A program made the position numbers and the translations under genes. From Rhodoluna sp. (GTDB taxonomy: Bacteria > Actinomycetota > Actinomycetes > Actinomycetales > Microbacteriaceae), in contig JAHEBZ010000004.1 in assembly GCA_024641985.1 (NCBI GenBank), positions 105,047 through 169,046 of the forward strand: DNA of 64,000 nucleotides, read 5' to 3'. Below the pieces are notes generated by a model. The model was not told where the DNA came from. It did no database searches and worked only from the letters and a program-made list of their open reading frames with translations. Of the stretch, positions 1 through 8,042 are shown in pieces (position 1 is the first letter of the stretch; the number at the start of each line of letters is the position of its first letter).

Positions 1-1060
1 GCGACGCACCAACGGCAACAACCTCATCAGGGTTAACACCCTTGTTTGGCTCTTTGCCACCGGTGAGGCTCTTGACTAGCTCGGTAACTGCTGGCATGCG
101 AGTTGAGCCACCAACTAGAACTACGTGAGCAATTTCGCCAACCTTCACGCCTGCTTCGGCGATTACATCGTTGAAAGGCTTTTTGGTGCGAGCCAAAAGG
201 TCTTCGGTTAGCTGCTCAAACTGAGCGCGGGTGATGGTTTCGTCAAGGTTTGCTGGGCCATTTTCGGTTAGCGAAAGGTATGGCAACTGCACGTTTGCCG
301 ACATCGACTGAGAAAGCTCTTTCTTGGCCTGCTCGGCTGCTTCCTTCAAACGCTGAAGCGCAATCTTGTCTTTCGAAACATCTACGCCGGTGGTCTCTTT
401 GAACTTCTTGGCTAGGTGGTCAACAAGGCGCTGATCCCAGTCGTCGCCGCCTAGGCGGTTGTCGCCAGAGGTTGAACGAACCTGAATGGTCGAGAAGCCC
501 TCGTCTTTGCCAACTTCAAGCAACGAAACATCGAAGGTGCCGCCACCAAGGTCGAAAACAAGGATGAGCTCGTCTTCTTTGCCCTTGTCGAGGCCGTATG
601 CAAGTGCCGCTGCGGTTGGCTCGTTGATGATGCGAAGAACGTTGAGGCCAGCGATCTCGCCGGCATCTTTGGTTGCCTGACGCTCGGCGTCGTTGAAGTA
701 GGCAGGAACTGTGATGACGGCGTCGGTGACTGCCTCGCCAAGGTAGGTCTCTGCGTCGCGCTTTAGCTTGGCCAAGATGCGAGCCGAGATTTCTTGAGGG
801 GTGTATTTCTTGTCGTCGACAGCGAATGTCCAGTCGGTGCCCATGTGGCGCTTGACCGATGCAATTGTGCGGTCAACGTTGGTTACGGCCTGGCGCTTGG
901 CGGTTTCGCCAACTAGAACTTCGCCGTCTTTGGTGAACGCAACGATCGACGGAGTGGTGCGAAAGCCTTCGGCGTTTGCGATAACGGTAGGTTCGCCACC
1001 CTCTAGAACGCTAACTGCGCTGTTGGTGGTTCCTAGGTCAATACCTACTGCACGTGCCAT
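1..1060 (-). CDS. dnaK: Molecular chaperone DnaK (Hsp70), N-terminal ~353 aa; 3' end runs off the window
   Basis: Reverse translation from ATG (cat at 1058-1060) reads [24 protein letters not shown]...[10 protein letters not shown]...[12 protein letters not shown], classic Hsp70 motifs. It is absent from the ORF track because there is no stop inside the window. Confidence 0.95.
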   Translation of the reverse strand, partial: MARAVGIDLGTTNSAVSVLEGGEPTVIANAEGFRTTPSIVAFTKDGEVLVGETAKRQAVTNVDRTIASVKRHMGTDWTFAVDDKKYTPQEISARILAKLKRDAETYLGEAVTDAVITVPAYFNDAERQATKDAGEIAGLNVLRIINEPTAAALAYGLDKGKEDELILVFDLGGGTFDVSLLEVGKDEGFSTIQVRSTSGDNRLGGDDWDQRLVDHLAKKFKETTGVDVSKDKIALQRLKEAAEQAKKELSQSMSANVQLPYLSLTENGPANLDETITRAQFEQLTEDLLARTKKPFNDVIAEAGVKVGEIAHVVLVGGSTRMPAVTELVKSLTGGKEPNKGVNPDEVVAVGAS

Positions 1061-1130
1061 TGTGTTTCTCCTTCTTGTGTATCTGCCGGTTAGGGCTTGT
1101 GGCCCTTTGTTTTATTGCCCTCAGCTCATA

Positions 1131-1151
1131 CCTGAGCCTTGTTGACTCAAG
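1131..1151. promoter_or_regulatory. HAIR-like HspR operator upstream of dnaK (CCTGAGC-N7-ACTCAAG)
   Basis: It matches the actinobacterial HAIR consensus CTTGAGT-N7-ACTCAAG with a perfect right arm and 5/7 left arm, about 70-90 nt upstream of the dnaK ATG. Confidence 0.5.
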
Positions 1152-1193
1152 TTTCACATGTGGGTATGACATTGTCAACAATTCTCAGCAAAA

Positions 1194-1214
1194 TCTAAGC
1201 CTTCTCGACTCAAG
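1194..1214. promoter_or_regulatory. Second, weaker HAIR-like element (TCTAAGC-N7-ACTCAAG)
   Basis: It is a direct repeat of AGCCTTnTnGACTCAAGTTT seen at 1135-1154. The right arm is perfect and the left arm matches only 3/7. Confidence 0.3.
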
Positions 1215-1292
1215 TTTTTTTTCGCGCAAATCGATAGTTGCCATCAGCCCAATCGCTAGGCCTTCGCTGCGCCGGGCTAATAACCTGAATGC

Positions 1293-2249
1293 ATGTCAAT
1301 GAAGATCGATCAAATTCGCATGCGCGACCCCTTTGTGCTCGAATCAACCCCCGGCCAGTATGTACTTTTTGGCACCACCGATGAAAACCTTTGGGGCGGG
1401 CCAGGCACAGGCTTTGATTGCTTCACCTCTAGCGACCTAAAAAATTGGGATGGGCCAATCGAGGCATTCAGGCCGCCAGCAGGCTTTTGGGGTCAAACCC
1501 AATTTTGGGCTCCCGAGGTGCACAAATATGGCGAACACTTTTATATGTTGGCCACCTTTGCCACCGCAAACGCATCGCCAAAAGTTCGTGGCACGGCGGT
1601 TTTAGTTAGCGCCTCACCAACCGGCCCATTTTTGCCACACAGTGATGGCCCGGTCACACCGGCAAATCTGCCTTGCCTAGATGGCACTTTATACATCGAG
1701 AACAATCAACCCTGGGTCGTCTATAGCCGCGGCGCCGAGGGAATCCCAGGGGCAGCGCCAGGCATTGCCGATGGCGAAATGTATGCCCGCAGGCTTTCGC
1801 CAGATTTGCGCGAGGGCGTTGGCGAAGCGATTCTGCTGTTCACATCTAAGTCGGCTAAATGGAGCAAGCCCCTCACTTTGCCACCCGGCGCCGAGCCAAA
1901 GCCAGAACTGAACTTGGCCAAAGACCCGCACTTCACCGATGGCGCGTTTTTGGTTAAGGCAGAATCGGGCGAGCTGCTAATGCTGTGGTCGGCATTCGGC
2001 GAGGCCGGCTATGCCATGGGCGTTGCCAAATCGGCCAGCGGCCAAGTTGTTGGCCCGTGGGTTCAAAGCGACGAACCGTTTTGGGCTCGCAACGGTGGCC
2101 ACGGCATGATTCTTAGGGCCTCAAGCGGCAAAGACTATGTTGTTTTTCACTGGCCAAACGACACACCTGAAGAGCGTGCCAGGCTGGTTGAAATCAACAT
2201 TTCGGCTCAGGGTTTTGCCCTCGCCGAAACGCCAAACTTTGGTCAATAG
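1293..2249 (+). CDS. Glycoside hydrolase family 43-like protein (beta-xylosidase/arabinofuranosidase type)
   Basis: 318 aa. The N-terminus IRMRDPFVL...GTTD...W.GPG..F, then FWAPEVHKYGEHFYM, is typical of the GH43 five-bladed propeller. No signal peptide is present. Confidence 0.75.
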   Translation: MSMKIDQIRMRDPFVLESTPGQYVLFGTTDENLWGGPGTGFDCFTSSDLKNWDGPIEAFRPPAGFWGQTQFWAPEVHKYGEHFYMLATFATANASPKVRGTAVLVSASPTGPFLPHSDGPVTPANLPCLDGTLYIENNQPWVVYSRGAEGIPGAAPGIADGEMYARRLSPDLREGVGEAILLFTSKSAKWSKPLTLPPGAEPKPELNLAKDPHFTDGAFLVKAESGELLMLWSAFGEAGYAMGVAKSASGQVVGPWVQSDEPFWARNGGHGMILRASSGKDYVVFHWPNDTPEERARLVEINISAQGFALAETPNFGQ

Positions 2250-3877
2250 GCCAAAGCGCGTTCGCCTGCTGCCCAGGTTAGGTAGCCGCCATCGAGGTTT
2301 CTGACCTTGGCGCCATTTGCCTTCAAAATTTGAGAGGCAATGTGGCCGCGCTGGCCCACCTGGCAATAAACAACCACGTCTTCGATTTGAATTTCATCGA
2401 TGCGGTCACGCAGCTGCTCTACCGGAATGTTTAGTGTGCCTGGTATGTGGGCAAATCCGTGCTCGCCACCAGATCGCACATCAACCACCTGTGCGCCAGC
2501 CGCCCGAGCCGCCTCTAGTTCGTGCCACTGCAAAGTTGGCGTGGTGCCACCAAAAACATTGTTGCCAACATAGCCGGCAATGTTGATGGCATCTTTTGCC
2601 GAGCCAAACTGGGGGGCATAGGCCAGCTCAAGATCCATCAAATCTTCGATGGTCAAGTTGCCGTGCATTGCCGTGGCAATCACATCGATGCGCTTATCAA
2701 CGCCGTCTTCGCCGTTTGCCTGAGCACCCAAAATTTGCCCTGTTGTTGGGCTGAACAAAACCTTGATCGATAGGCGTTTTGAGCCCGGGTAATAACCCGC
2801 GTGATTGTTTGGGTGAATGTGAATCACCTGGTGAGCGATGCCGGCATGTTTAGCAGCCTTCTCGCTGAGGCCAGTGATGCCAACCGCGGCGCCAAAGGCC
2901 CCCAAAATTACCGTGCCAGTTGCCGCATGGGCGCGCACTTCGCGGCCCGCAATCACATCGGCTACTAATCGGCCGTGGCGGTTTGCCAGGTTGGCCAATG
3001 GAATCAGGGTTTGATCGCCGGTTAGCACACCCTGTTTTTCAACTGCGTCACCAGCGGCAAAAATGTTTGGGTCGCTGGTGCGCTGCTGGTCGTCGACCCA
3101 CAGGCCACCGGTTGCACCAATCTTTAGCCCGGCTTCGCGCGCCAAAGAATTATCGGGGTCAACACCGGCTGCCGTGAAAACCAACCCGGCCTCTAGGCGC
3201 CTGCCATCGGTTAGCAAAACGTGGCTTTCGGTGATTTTGGCGGCTTGCACGTTTAGTTCAATTTTCACGCCGTGCTTTACCAATTTTTCGTGCAGCGGTT
3301 CAATCATCTCTGGGTCAAATTGCCCAAGGATGCTGTTGCTGCGCTGAACGATTGTGACATCGATGCCCATATGCGCGATGTTTTCGGCAAGCTCAATGCC
3401 AATGAAACCAGCGCCCAAAATAACCACCGACTTGTTGGCAACCGTTTGGAGGGCTTCTTTCACCTCGTCGGCATCTGTCACGTTTCGAAGCCACATTGCG
3501 CGCTCGATTCCTGGCACATCCAGCTTGCGTGGGCGGGCTCCGGTCGAGATCACCAGTTTGTCGTAGGAGTCATCGTAGGTTTCGCCGGTTGCCAAATTCT
3601 TCACGGTTACGGTTTTGGCCTGGCGATCAATTGCGGTGACCATCGATTGCACCTTGGCTTCGATGCGGAATCGGTTCCAGAGCGCCTCGGGGGTTTGCAA
3701 GAGAAGATTGTCGCGGCGCGAAATTACGTCGCTCACAAAGTAGGGCAAACCGCAGTTTGCATAGCTAACGTGCTCGCTCATCTCGTATACGGTGATTTGC
3801 GCCGATTCGTCGAGCCTGCGAAGGCGAGCCGCGGCAGACATTCCGCCGGCTACGCCACCAATGATGATTACCTTCAT
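2243..3877 (-). CDS. CoA-disulfide reductase fused to a C-terminal rhodanese domain (CoADR-RHD / CoA persulfide reductase-like)
   Basis: 544 aa. It has the FAD motif IIGGVAGG, the redox Cys in SYANCGLPY, a second dinucleotide fold VILGAGFIGIE, and a C-terminal rhodanese loop YCQVGQRG. Confidence 0.85.
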   Translation of the reverse strand: MKVIIIGGVAGGMSAAARLRRLDESAQITVYEMSEHVSYANCGLPYFVSDVISRRDNLLLQTPEALWNRFRIEAKVQSMVTAIDRQAKTVTVKNLATGETYDDSYDKLVISTGARPRKLDVPGIERAMWLRNVTDADEVKEALQTVANKSVVILGAGFIGIELAENIAHMGIDVTIVQRSNSILGQFDPEMIEPLHEKLVKHGVKIELNVQAAKITESHVLLTDGRRLEAGLVFTAAGVDPDNSLAREAGLKIGATGGLWVDDQQRTSDPNIFAAGDAVEKQGVLTGDQTLIPLANLANRHGRLVADVIAGREVRAHAATGTVILGAFGAAVGITGLSEKAAKHAGIAHQVIHIHPNNHAGYYPGSKRLSIKVLFSPTTGQILGAQANGEDGVDKRIDVIATAMHGNLTIEDLMDLELAYAPQFGSAKDAINIAGYVGNNVFGGTTPTLQWHELEAARAAGAQVVDVRSGGEHGFAHIPGTLNIPVEQLRDRIDEIQIEDVVVYCQVGQRGHIASQILKANGAKVRNLDGGYLTWAAGERALAY

Positions 3878-3887
3878 AGTTTGCTCC

Positions 3888-4145
3888 CTAAGCCAACGAC
3901 ATAAATGCTTTTTCGAGCGCTACTCGCTCTGGGTCACCCTCTGGGTTGGTTGCGCATTGGCGCATGCCGGTTGAGATGATGGTGAAACCCGCGCGGGTTA
4001 GGGCGGTGCTGGCAGCCGAAAGCTGGTTCAGCAGTTCTGTGCAGTCACGGCCCTCATCGAGCATCTTTACGATGCCCCCAATTTGACCCTGCACTCGCAC
4101 CAGGCGGTCGCGGGCTTTTTTAAGTTCGATTGGTTCAATCTGCAT
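3888..4145 (-). CDS. CsoR/RcnR-family (DUF156) repressor with a CstR-like two-Cys fingerprint
   Basis: The sequence LKKARDRLVRVQGQIGGIVKMLDEGRDC...STGMRQC is a typical CsoR-family helix bundle. I placed the start at M9 (cat 4143-4145) because GGAG lies 5 nt upstream; the ORF track starts at 4169. Confidence 0.85.
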   Translation of the reverse strand: MQIEPIELKKARDRLVRVQGQIGGIVKMLDEGRDCTELLNQLSAASTALTRAGFTIISTGMRQCATNPEGDPERVALEKAFMSLA

Positions 4146-4183
4146 TTTCGCTCCTAAATAGTTGCGCATTTCTTAATTTCTAC

Positions 4184-4201
4184 TATACCCTAGGGGGTAT
4201 A
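4184..4201. promoter_or_regulatory. Candidate CsoR/CstR-family operator, dyad TATACCC-TAGG-GGGTATA
   Basis: It is a perfect 7-bp inverted repeat around a G/C tract, centred in the 71-nt divergent intergenic region. It resembles the ATACC-N-GGTAT type operators known for this family. Confidence 0.6.
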
Positions 4202-4216
4202 CGAAAGGAAGACCTA

Positions 4217-4588
4217 ATGACCAAGTTCTTCAAGTTGCTGATCGCCGCGACCATCGCAATTTTTGCGGTTGGTTCACTGTCGGCATGTTCAAGCTCTGAC
4301 CCAATCAACATGAGCGCCGTTGCTGCTGTCATCGATGTTCGAACCCCCGCCGAAACCGCAACCGGCTACCTCGAGGGCGCGTTGCTGTTTGACATTCAGG
4401 GCGCAGATTTTGCCGACCAAATTGAAACCCTCGACAAGGCAGCAAACTATGTTGTCTATTGCCGCTCGGGCAACCGTGCCGGTCAGGCAATCGAATACAT
4501 GCAGGGCGCAGGCTTCACCGGCACTCTAACCAACGCTGGCGCACTGGCCGATGCGGCCACCGCCACCGGCCTAAACGTGGTGCAGTAA
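4217..4588 (+). CDS. Single-domain rhodanese (sulfurtransferase), predicted lipoprotein
   Basis: The start is ATG 4217, behind AAGGAAG. The signal peptide has the lipobox LSAC, and the active-site loop is YCRSGNRAG. The N-terminal extension in the ORF track (TTG 4130) was rejected. Confidence 0.8.
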   Translation: MTKFFKLLIAATIAIFAVGSLSACSSSDPINMSAVAAVIDVRTPAETATGYLEGALLFDIQGADFADQIETLDKAANYVVYCRSGNRAGQAIEYMQGAGFTGTLTNAGALADAATATGLNVVQ

Positions 4589-5229
4589 TGCACAGATTCA
4601 TTGCGCCATCAGTAGGCCTAATAACCGTTTTGTTGCTCGCAGGTTGCGCAACTACCTCAAGCGAAAACACGGCCGAATCGATTACCCCCTCTGCGGAATC
4701 GAGTCAAGTGGCAACACCCGGGTCAGTAGCCGAAGCATCAACGACTGCTGCCCCTGAGGTAAGTGCCTCACCAAAGGCACCCATTGTAGACACCGGCATA
4801 GCCACTGCCGATGCCACTGCCGAGCAACTGATTTATCTGATCGAAGAGGAAAAGCTTGCTCACGACGTGTATCAGGCAATGTTCGACCTGTGGGGCTCTA
4901 AGGTGTTTGGAAACATTTTGAAAAGTGAGCTAAGTCACCAATCACAGGTTTTAGTCGTGATGACTACTCGAGACATTGCAGACCCACGCCTCTCAACTGC
5001 CGGCAAATTTGTTAATGTCGAACTTCAAGATCTCTACGACCAGTTGATTGCCAAAGGCAAACTCTCGGCAAAAGACGCCTACGAGGTTGGCGTTGCCATT
5101 GAAGAACTCGACATTGATGACATAACCAAGATGCTCGCCACCGCCAAAGACGTAGATGTAATCGCAATGATGGAGAACCTTCGCAAGGGATCTGAAAACC
5201 ACCTACGCGCCTTCAACAACCAGCTATAA
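4588..5229 (+). CDS. DUF2202 (ferritin-like superfamily) protein, predicted lipoprotein
   Basis: Its ATG overlaps the rhodanese stop (TAATG). The signal peptide carries lipobox LAGC, followed by a Ser/Thr/Ala/Glu-rich linker. EEEKLAHDVYQAMFDLWGSKVFGNILKSELSHQ is the characteristic DUF2202 core. Confidence 0.8.
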   Translation: MHRFIAPSVGLITVLLLAGCATTSSENTAESITPSAESSQVATPGSVAEASTTAAPEVSASPKAPIVDTGIATADATAEQLIYLIEEEKLAHDVYQAMFDLWGSKVFGNILKSELSHQSQVLVVMTTRDIADPRLSTAGKFVNVELQDLYDQLIAKGKLSAKDAYEVGVAIEELDIDDITKMLATAKDVDVIAMMENLRKGSENHLRAFNNQL

Positions 5230-5243
5230 GAAAAGAGAAACCC

Positions 5244-5414
5244 ATGTGTTCACAAACCACCTGCCGCAAGTGCGGCAAAGCCAGCTGGTCGGGTTGCGGC
5301 CAGCACGTTGATCAGGTCATGCGTGGCATTCCAAAATCTGCTCGCTGCCAAGGTCACGCCAACGACCCTAAAGAGCCGGGCTTCTTTGCTCGACTATTTG
5401 GCAAAAAGAACTAA
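5244..5414 (+). CDS. Cys-rich microprotein 1 (56 aa), unannotated
   Basis: The product is MCSQTTCRKCGKASWSGCGQHVDQVMRGIPKSARCQGHANDPKEPGFFARLFGKKN. It falls below the ORF-track size cutoff, starts 14 nt after the DUF2202 stop, and is a paralogue of the next ORF. Confidence 0.55.
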   Translation: MCSQTTCRKCGKASWSGCGQHVDQVMRGIPKSARCQGHANDPKEPGFFARLFGKKN

Positions 5415-5436
5415 CTAAAACCCGAAAGGAACCATC

Positions 5437-5556
5437 ATGTGTTCACCAGCACTATGCCCAACCTGCAGCAAAGTCACCTGGACAGGCTGCGGCGGTCACA
5501 TTGAAGAGGCTCTAGAGGGTGTTCCTCAAGAGCAGCTTTGCACCTGCAACAACTAG
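5437..5556 (+). CDS. Cys-rich microprotein 2 (39 aa), unannotated
   Basis: The product is MCSPALCPTCSKVTWTGCGGHIEEALEGVPQEQLCTCNN. The SD GAAAGGAA lies 7 nt upstream. It shares C2, C7, C10, K12, W15, GCG17-19, H21, G28, P30 and C35 with microprotein 1. Confidence 0.55.
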   Translation: MCSPALCPTCSKVTWTGCGGHIEEALEGVPQEQLCTCNN

Positions 5557-5611
5557 CAACATCTCCAACTATTTGAGGTCATAACTGCAAGCGTTCCGCT
5601 AACTTGTAGTT

Positions 5612-6946
5612 ATGACTCTCAATGGTGAAAGCAAGAAGGCGCAACGCCTCGCAAATAAACGTCGGGGCACATTTTCTTGGGCACTCTGGGATTGGGCCGA
5701 ACAGCCCTACCCGACCATCATGCAAACCTTCATTTTTCCGGTTTACTTGGCCGGGGCGGTAGCCGCCGAAGGCTCTAATCCAGATGCCGCACTGGGCATT
5801 GCCACCGCTATAGCTGGCATCATCTTGGCGCTAATTGCACCGGTTCTCGGTCGTCGCTCCGACACCAGTGGGCGGCGCAAATTCTGGCTGATGGTCAACA
5901 CCTACATCTTGGTTGGCATCATGGTTGCCAGCTTCTTTGTTCAGCCAAAGCCCGAGTTCTTCATCTTTGGTTTGGTCTTGTATGGCCTGGGCAGCGTTAT
6001 TCAAGAGTCGGCGTTCATCAACTATTACGCCATGCTCAAATCGGTAACCACCGAGCGCAACATTGGCCGAGTTTCTGGTTATGCCTGGGGCTTAGGTTAT
6101 GCGGGCGGCATCATTTTGCTATTGGTGTCGCTGGTTGGTTTCATCATGGCCGAGGTGCCTTGGTTTGGCATCGGCACCGATGATTCGGTCAACATTCGAG
6201 CGGTCTTCTTGTTCAGCGCAATCTGGACACTGGTGTTCTCGATTCCGCTGATGCTGCGCGTGCCCGAAATCGCTAAGCGCGAAGGCGCACCAAAAGAGAG
6301 CATCATCAAGTCTTATTCACTGCTTTGGGGTCAACTCAAAAGCCTTAGGGCGCAGGCCCCCGAGACCTTCAAGTTTTTGATTTCTTCGGCCATCTACCGC
6401 GATGGCCTTGCCGGCGTTTTCACCTTTGGTGCTGTGCTGGGTTCTTTGGCCTTTGGTTTTGATCAAACCGACATCATTTTGTTCGGCATCGCCGCCAACG
6501 TTGTTGCCGGAATTGGTGCGGCAATTGGCGGGCGCCTCGACGACGTGCTTGGTTCACGCACCGTCATCATCGCCTCGCTAGTCGGCCTCATCATCGCCGG
6601 TTCAAGCGTGTTCGTGTTTTATAGCGCCGGCACAATCACGTATTGGATTGGCGGTTTGGCGCTTTGCCTATTCGTTGGCCCGGCGCAAGCTGCCAGCCGC
6701 ACCTTTGTATCGCGGTTCACCCCGCATGGCCGCGAGGGTGAGGTGTTTGGCCTCTATCAAACCACCGGCCGCGCGGTTTCGTTCTTGTCTGGCACATTCT
6801 GGGCAATCTCGATCAGCATCGCCAACAGCGCCTTTGGTTCAACCGGCAACACCATCTGGGGCATCTGGGGTCTGATGGTTATTTTGGTGGTTGGCCTTGT
6901 GCTCTTGCTTCGAGTGCACCCGCGCCCAGCGGTTCTAAATGCTTGA
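5612..6946 (+). CDS. MFS transporter, UMF1/Atg22-like family
   Basis: 444 aa with about 12 transmembrane (TM) segments. The N-terminus WALWDWAEQPYPTIMQTFIFPVYL is typical of the UMF1 family. Confidence 0.8.
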   Translation: MTLNGESKKAQRLANKRRGTFSWALWDWAEQPYPTIMQTFIFPVYLAGAVAAEGSNPDAALGIATAIAGIILALIAPVLGRRSDTSGRRKFWLMVNTYILVGIMVASFFVQPKPEFFIFGLVLYGLGSVIQESAFINYYAMLKSVTTERNIGRVSGYAWGLGYAGGIILLLVSLVGFIMAEVPWFGIGTDDSVNIRAVFLFSAIWTLVFSIPLMLRVPEIAKREGAPKESIIKSYSLLWGQLKSLRAQAPETFKFLISSAIYRDGLAGVFTFGAVLGSLAFGFDQTDIILFGIAANVVAGIGAAIGGRLDDVLGSRTVIIASLVGLIIAGSSVFVFYSAGTITYWIGGLALCLFVGPAQAASRTFVSRFTPHGREGEVFGLYQTTGRAVSFLSGTFWAISISIANSAFGSTGNTIWGIWGLMVILVVGLVLLLRVHPRPAVLNA

Positions 6947-7598
6947 TTTTTCACAGCTGCTAACCTTCACAATCGCGTCGGCAATCATCATTTTGTCGCC
7001 TGGCGCCGATTCGTTTGTGCTGTTGCGAATCTCGCACTCGCAGGGCATAAAGGCTGGAATGCGGGCGCTGTGGGGCATCAACCTTGGCAACACCTCGCAG
7101 GCTCTACTCATGATTTCGGGCGTAGGGTTGGTGGTCTCAAAATTCGAGCCGGCCATTCTCACCCTCAAAATCCTCGGCGCTCTTTACATGGCCTATCTTG
7201 CAGTGATGGCAGCGCGAGCCGCCTTGCGAGCGTTGGCCCAGGCTCGAACCAACTCGCCGGCCGAGCCATCCACTTCTATTGGCGGCGAAGCCGCTCGCGT
7301 TAAAAAATCTTCGCCATTTTTGCAGGGGCTCATCAGCAACATCACCAACCCAAAACCACTGCTGTTTTATTTAGCTTTTTTCCCGCTGTTTATTGGGTCG
7401 GCAACCAACGTGCCGCTGCAGCTAAGCATGCTTTCGGGCATCTTCATTGGCTTCGCGCTGATCTGGCAAACAGTTATTGTTTATGGCGCAGTGAAACTGA
7501 GTGAAACCATCAAGTCGCCCAAATTTAATTTGGTGATGGATGCGATTTGCGCTGTTGCCTTTGCCGCAATCGCAGTTTTCATCTTCGCCGAAATTTAA
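6939..7598 (+). CDS. LysE/RhtB-family amino-acid exporter
   Basis: 219 aa with 5-6 TM segments. The N-terminus LLTFTIASAIIILSPGADSFVLL is the LysE-family signature. It overlaps the MFS stop by 8 nt. Confidence 0.8.
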   Translation: MLDFSQLLTFTIASAIIILSPGADSFVLLRISHSQGIKAGMRALWGINLGNTSQALLMISGVGLVVSKFEPAILTLKILGALYMAYLAVMAARAALRALAQARTNSPAEPSTSIGGEAARVKKSSPFLQGLISNITNPKPLLFYLAFFPLFIGSATNVPLQLSMLSGIFIGFALIWQTVIVYGAVKLSETIKSPKFNLVMDAICAVAFAAIAVFIFAEI

Positions 7599-7660
7599 CC
7601 CTGTGCACCGATAGATACTTTGTTCCTTTCGAATAATTCGACAGAGTGTAGAATTGATTC

Positions 7661-8023
7661 ATGACCGCTAAACGAGGCAGACAACAGGGGCAGCTGGAGC
7701 AGCTAATTCTTGACACCCTTTGGAACAACGGCCAACCAATGACATCGCAGCAGATTCTCGATTTGGCTAGCACCGATGGCGACCTTGCCCTAACCACAGT
7801 GCTAACCGTGCTTTCACGGCTAGTCGAAAAAAATTTAGTTACCCGGCAACCAGGTGAAGGCCGTTCGCTGTTGTTTAGCGCCGCCCAAACCCGAGAGCAA
7901 CATGCTGCCGATTTGATGCTGAGCCTAGTAACAAGTGCCGGCAACCCCGCCCTCGCGTTTAGCCATTTTGCCAACGGTTTGAGCGCCACTCAGATCAAAG
8001 CGCTTCGCGACTCGCTTGGCTAG
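7661..8023 (+). CDS. BlaI/MecI/CopY-family winged-helix repressor
   Basis: 120 aa. LEQLILDTLWNNGQPMTSQQILDL...TVLTVLSRLVEKNLVTR is a typical penicillinase-repressor fold. There is no C-terminal CxC metal motif. Confidence 0.85.
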   Translation: MTAKRGRQQGQLEQLILDTLWNNGQPMTSQQILDLASTDGDLALTTVLTVLSRLVEKNLVTRQPGEGRSLLFSAAQTREQHAADLMLSLVTSAGNPALAFSHFANGLSATQIKALRDSLG

Positions 8024-8042
8024 TGTTCGCTAGCCTTAGTTT

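Noticed and set aside
1054-1302. 82-aa plus-strand ORF spanning the dnaK promoter region.
   Set aside because: It covers the HAIR operators and the dnaK 5' end. It has a hydrophobic, Cys-rich, non-protein-like composition and no ribosome-binding site.
4130-4216. TTG-initiated N-terminal extension of the rhodanese ORF. The 4459-4587 extension of the DUF2202 ORF is the same kind of case.
   Set aside because: The extension would run across the operator dyad and the divergent promoter. ATG 4217 has a good SD and starts exactly at a lipoprotein signal peptide. The DUF2202 extension is simply the out-of-frame 3' end of the rhodanese gene.
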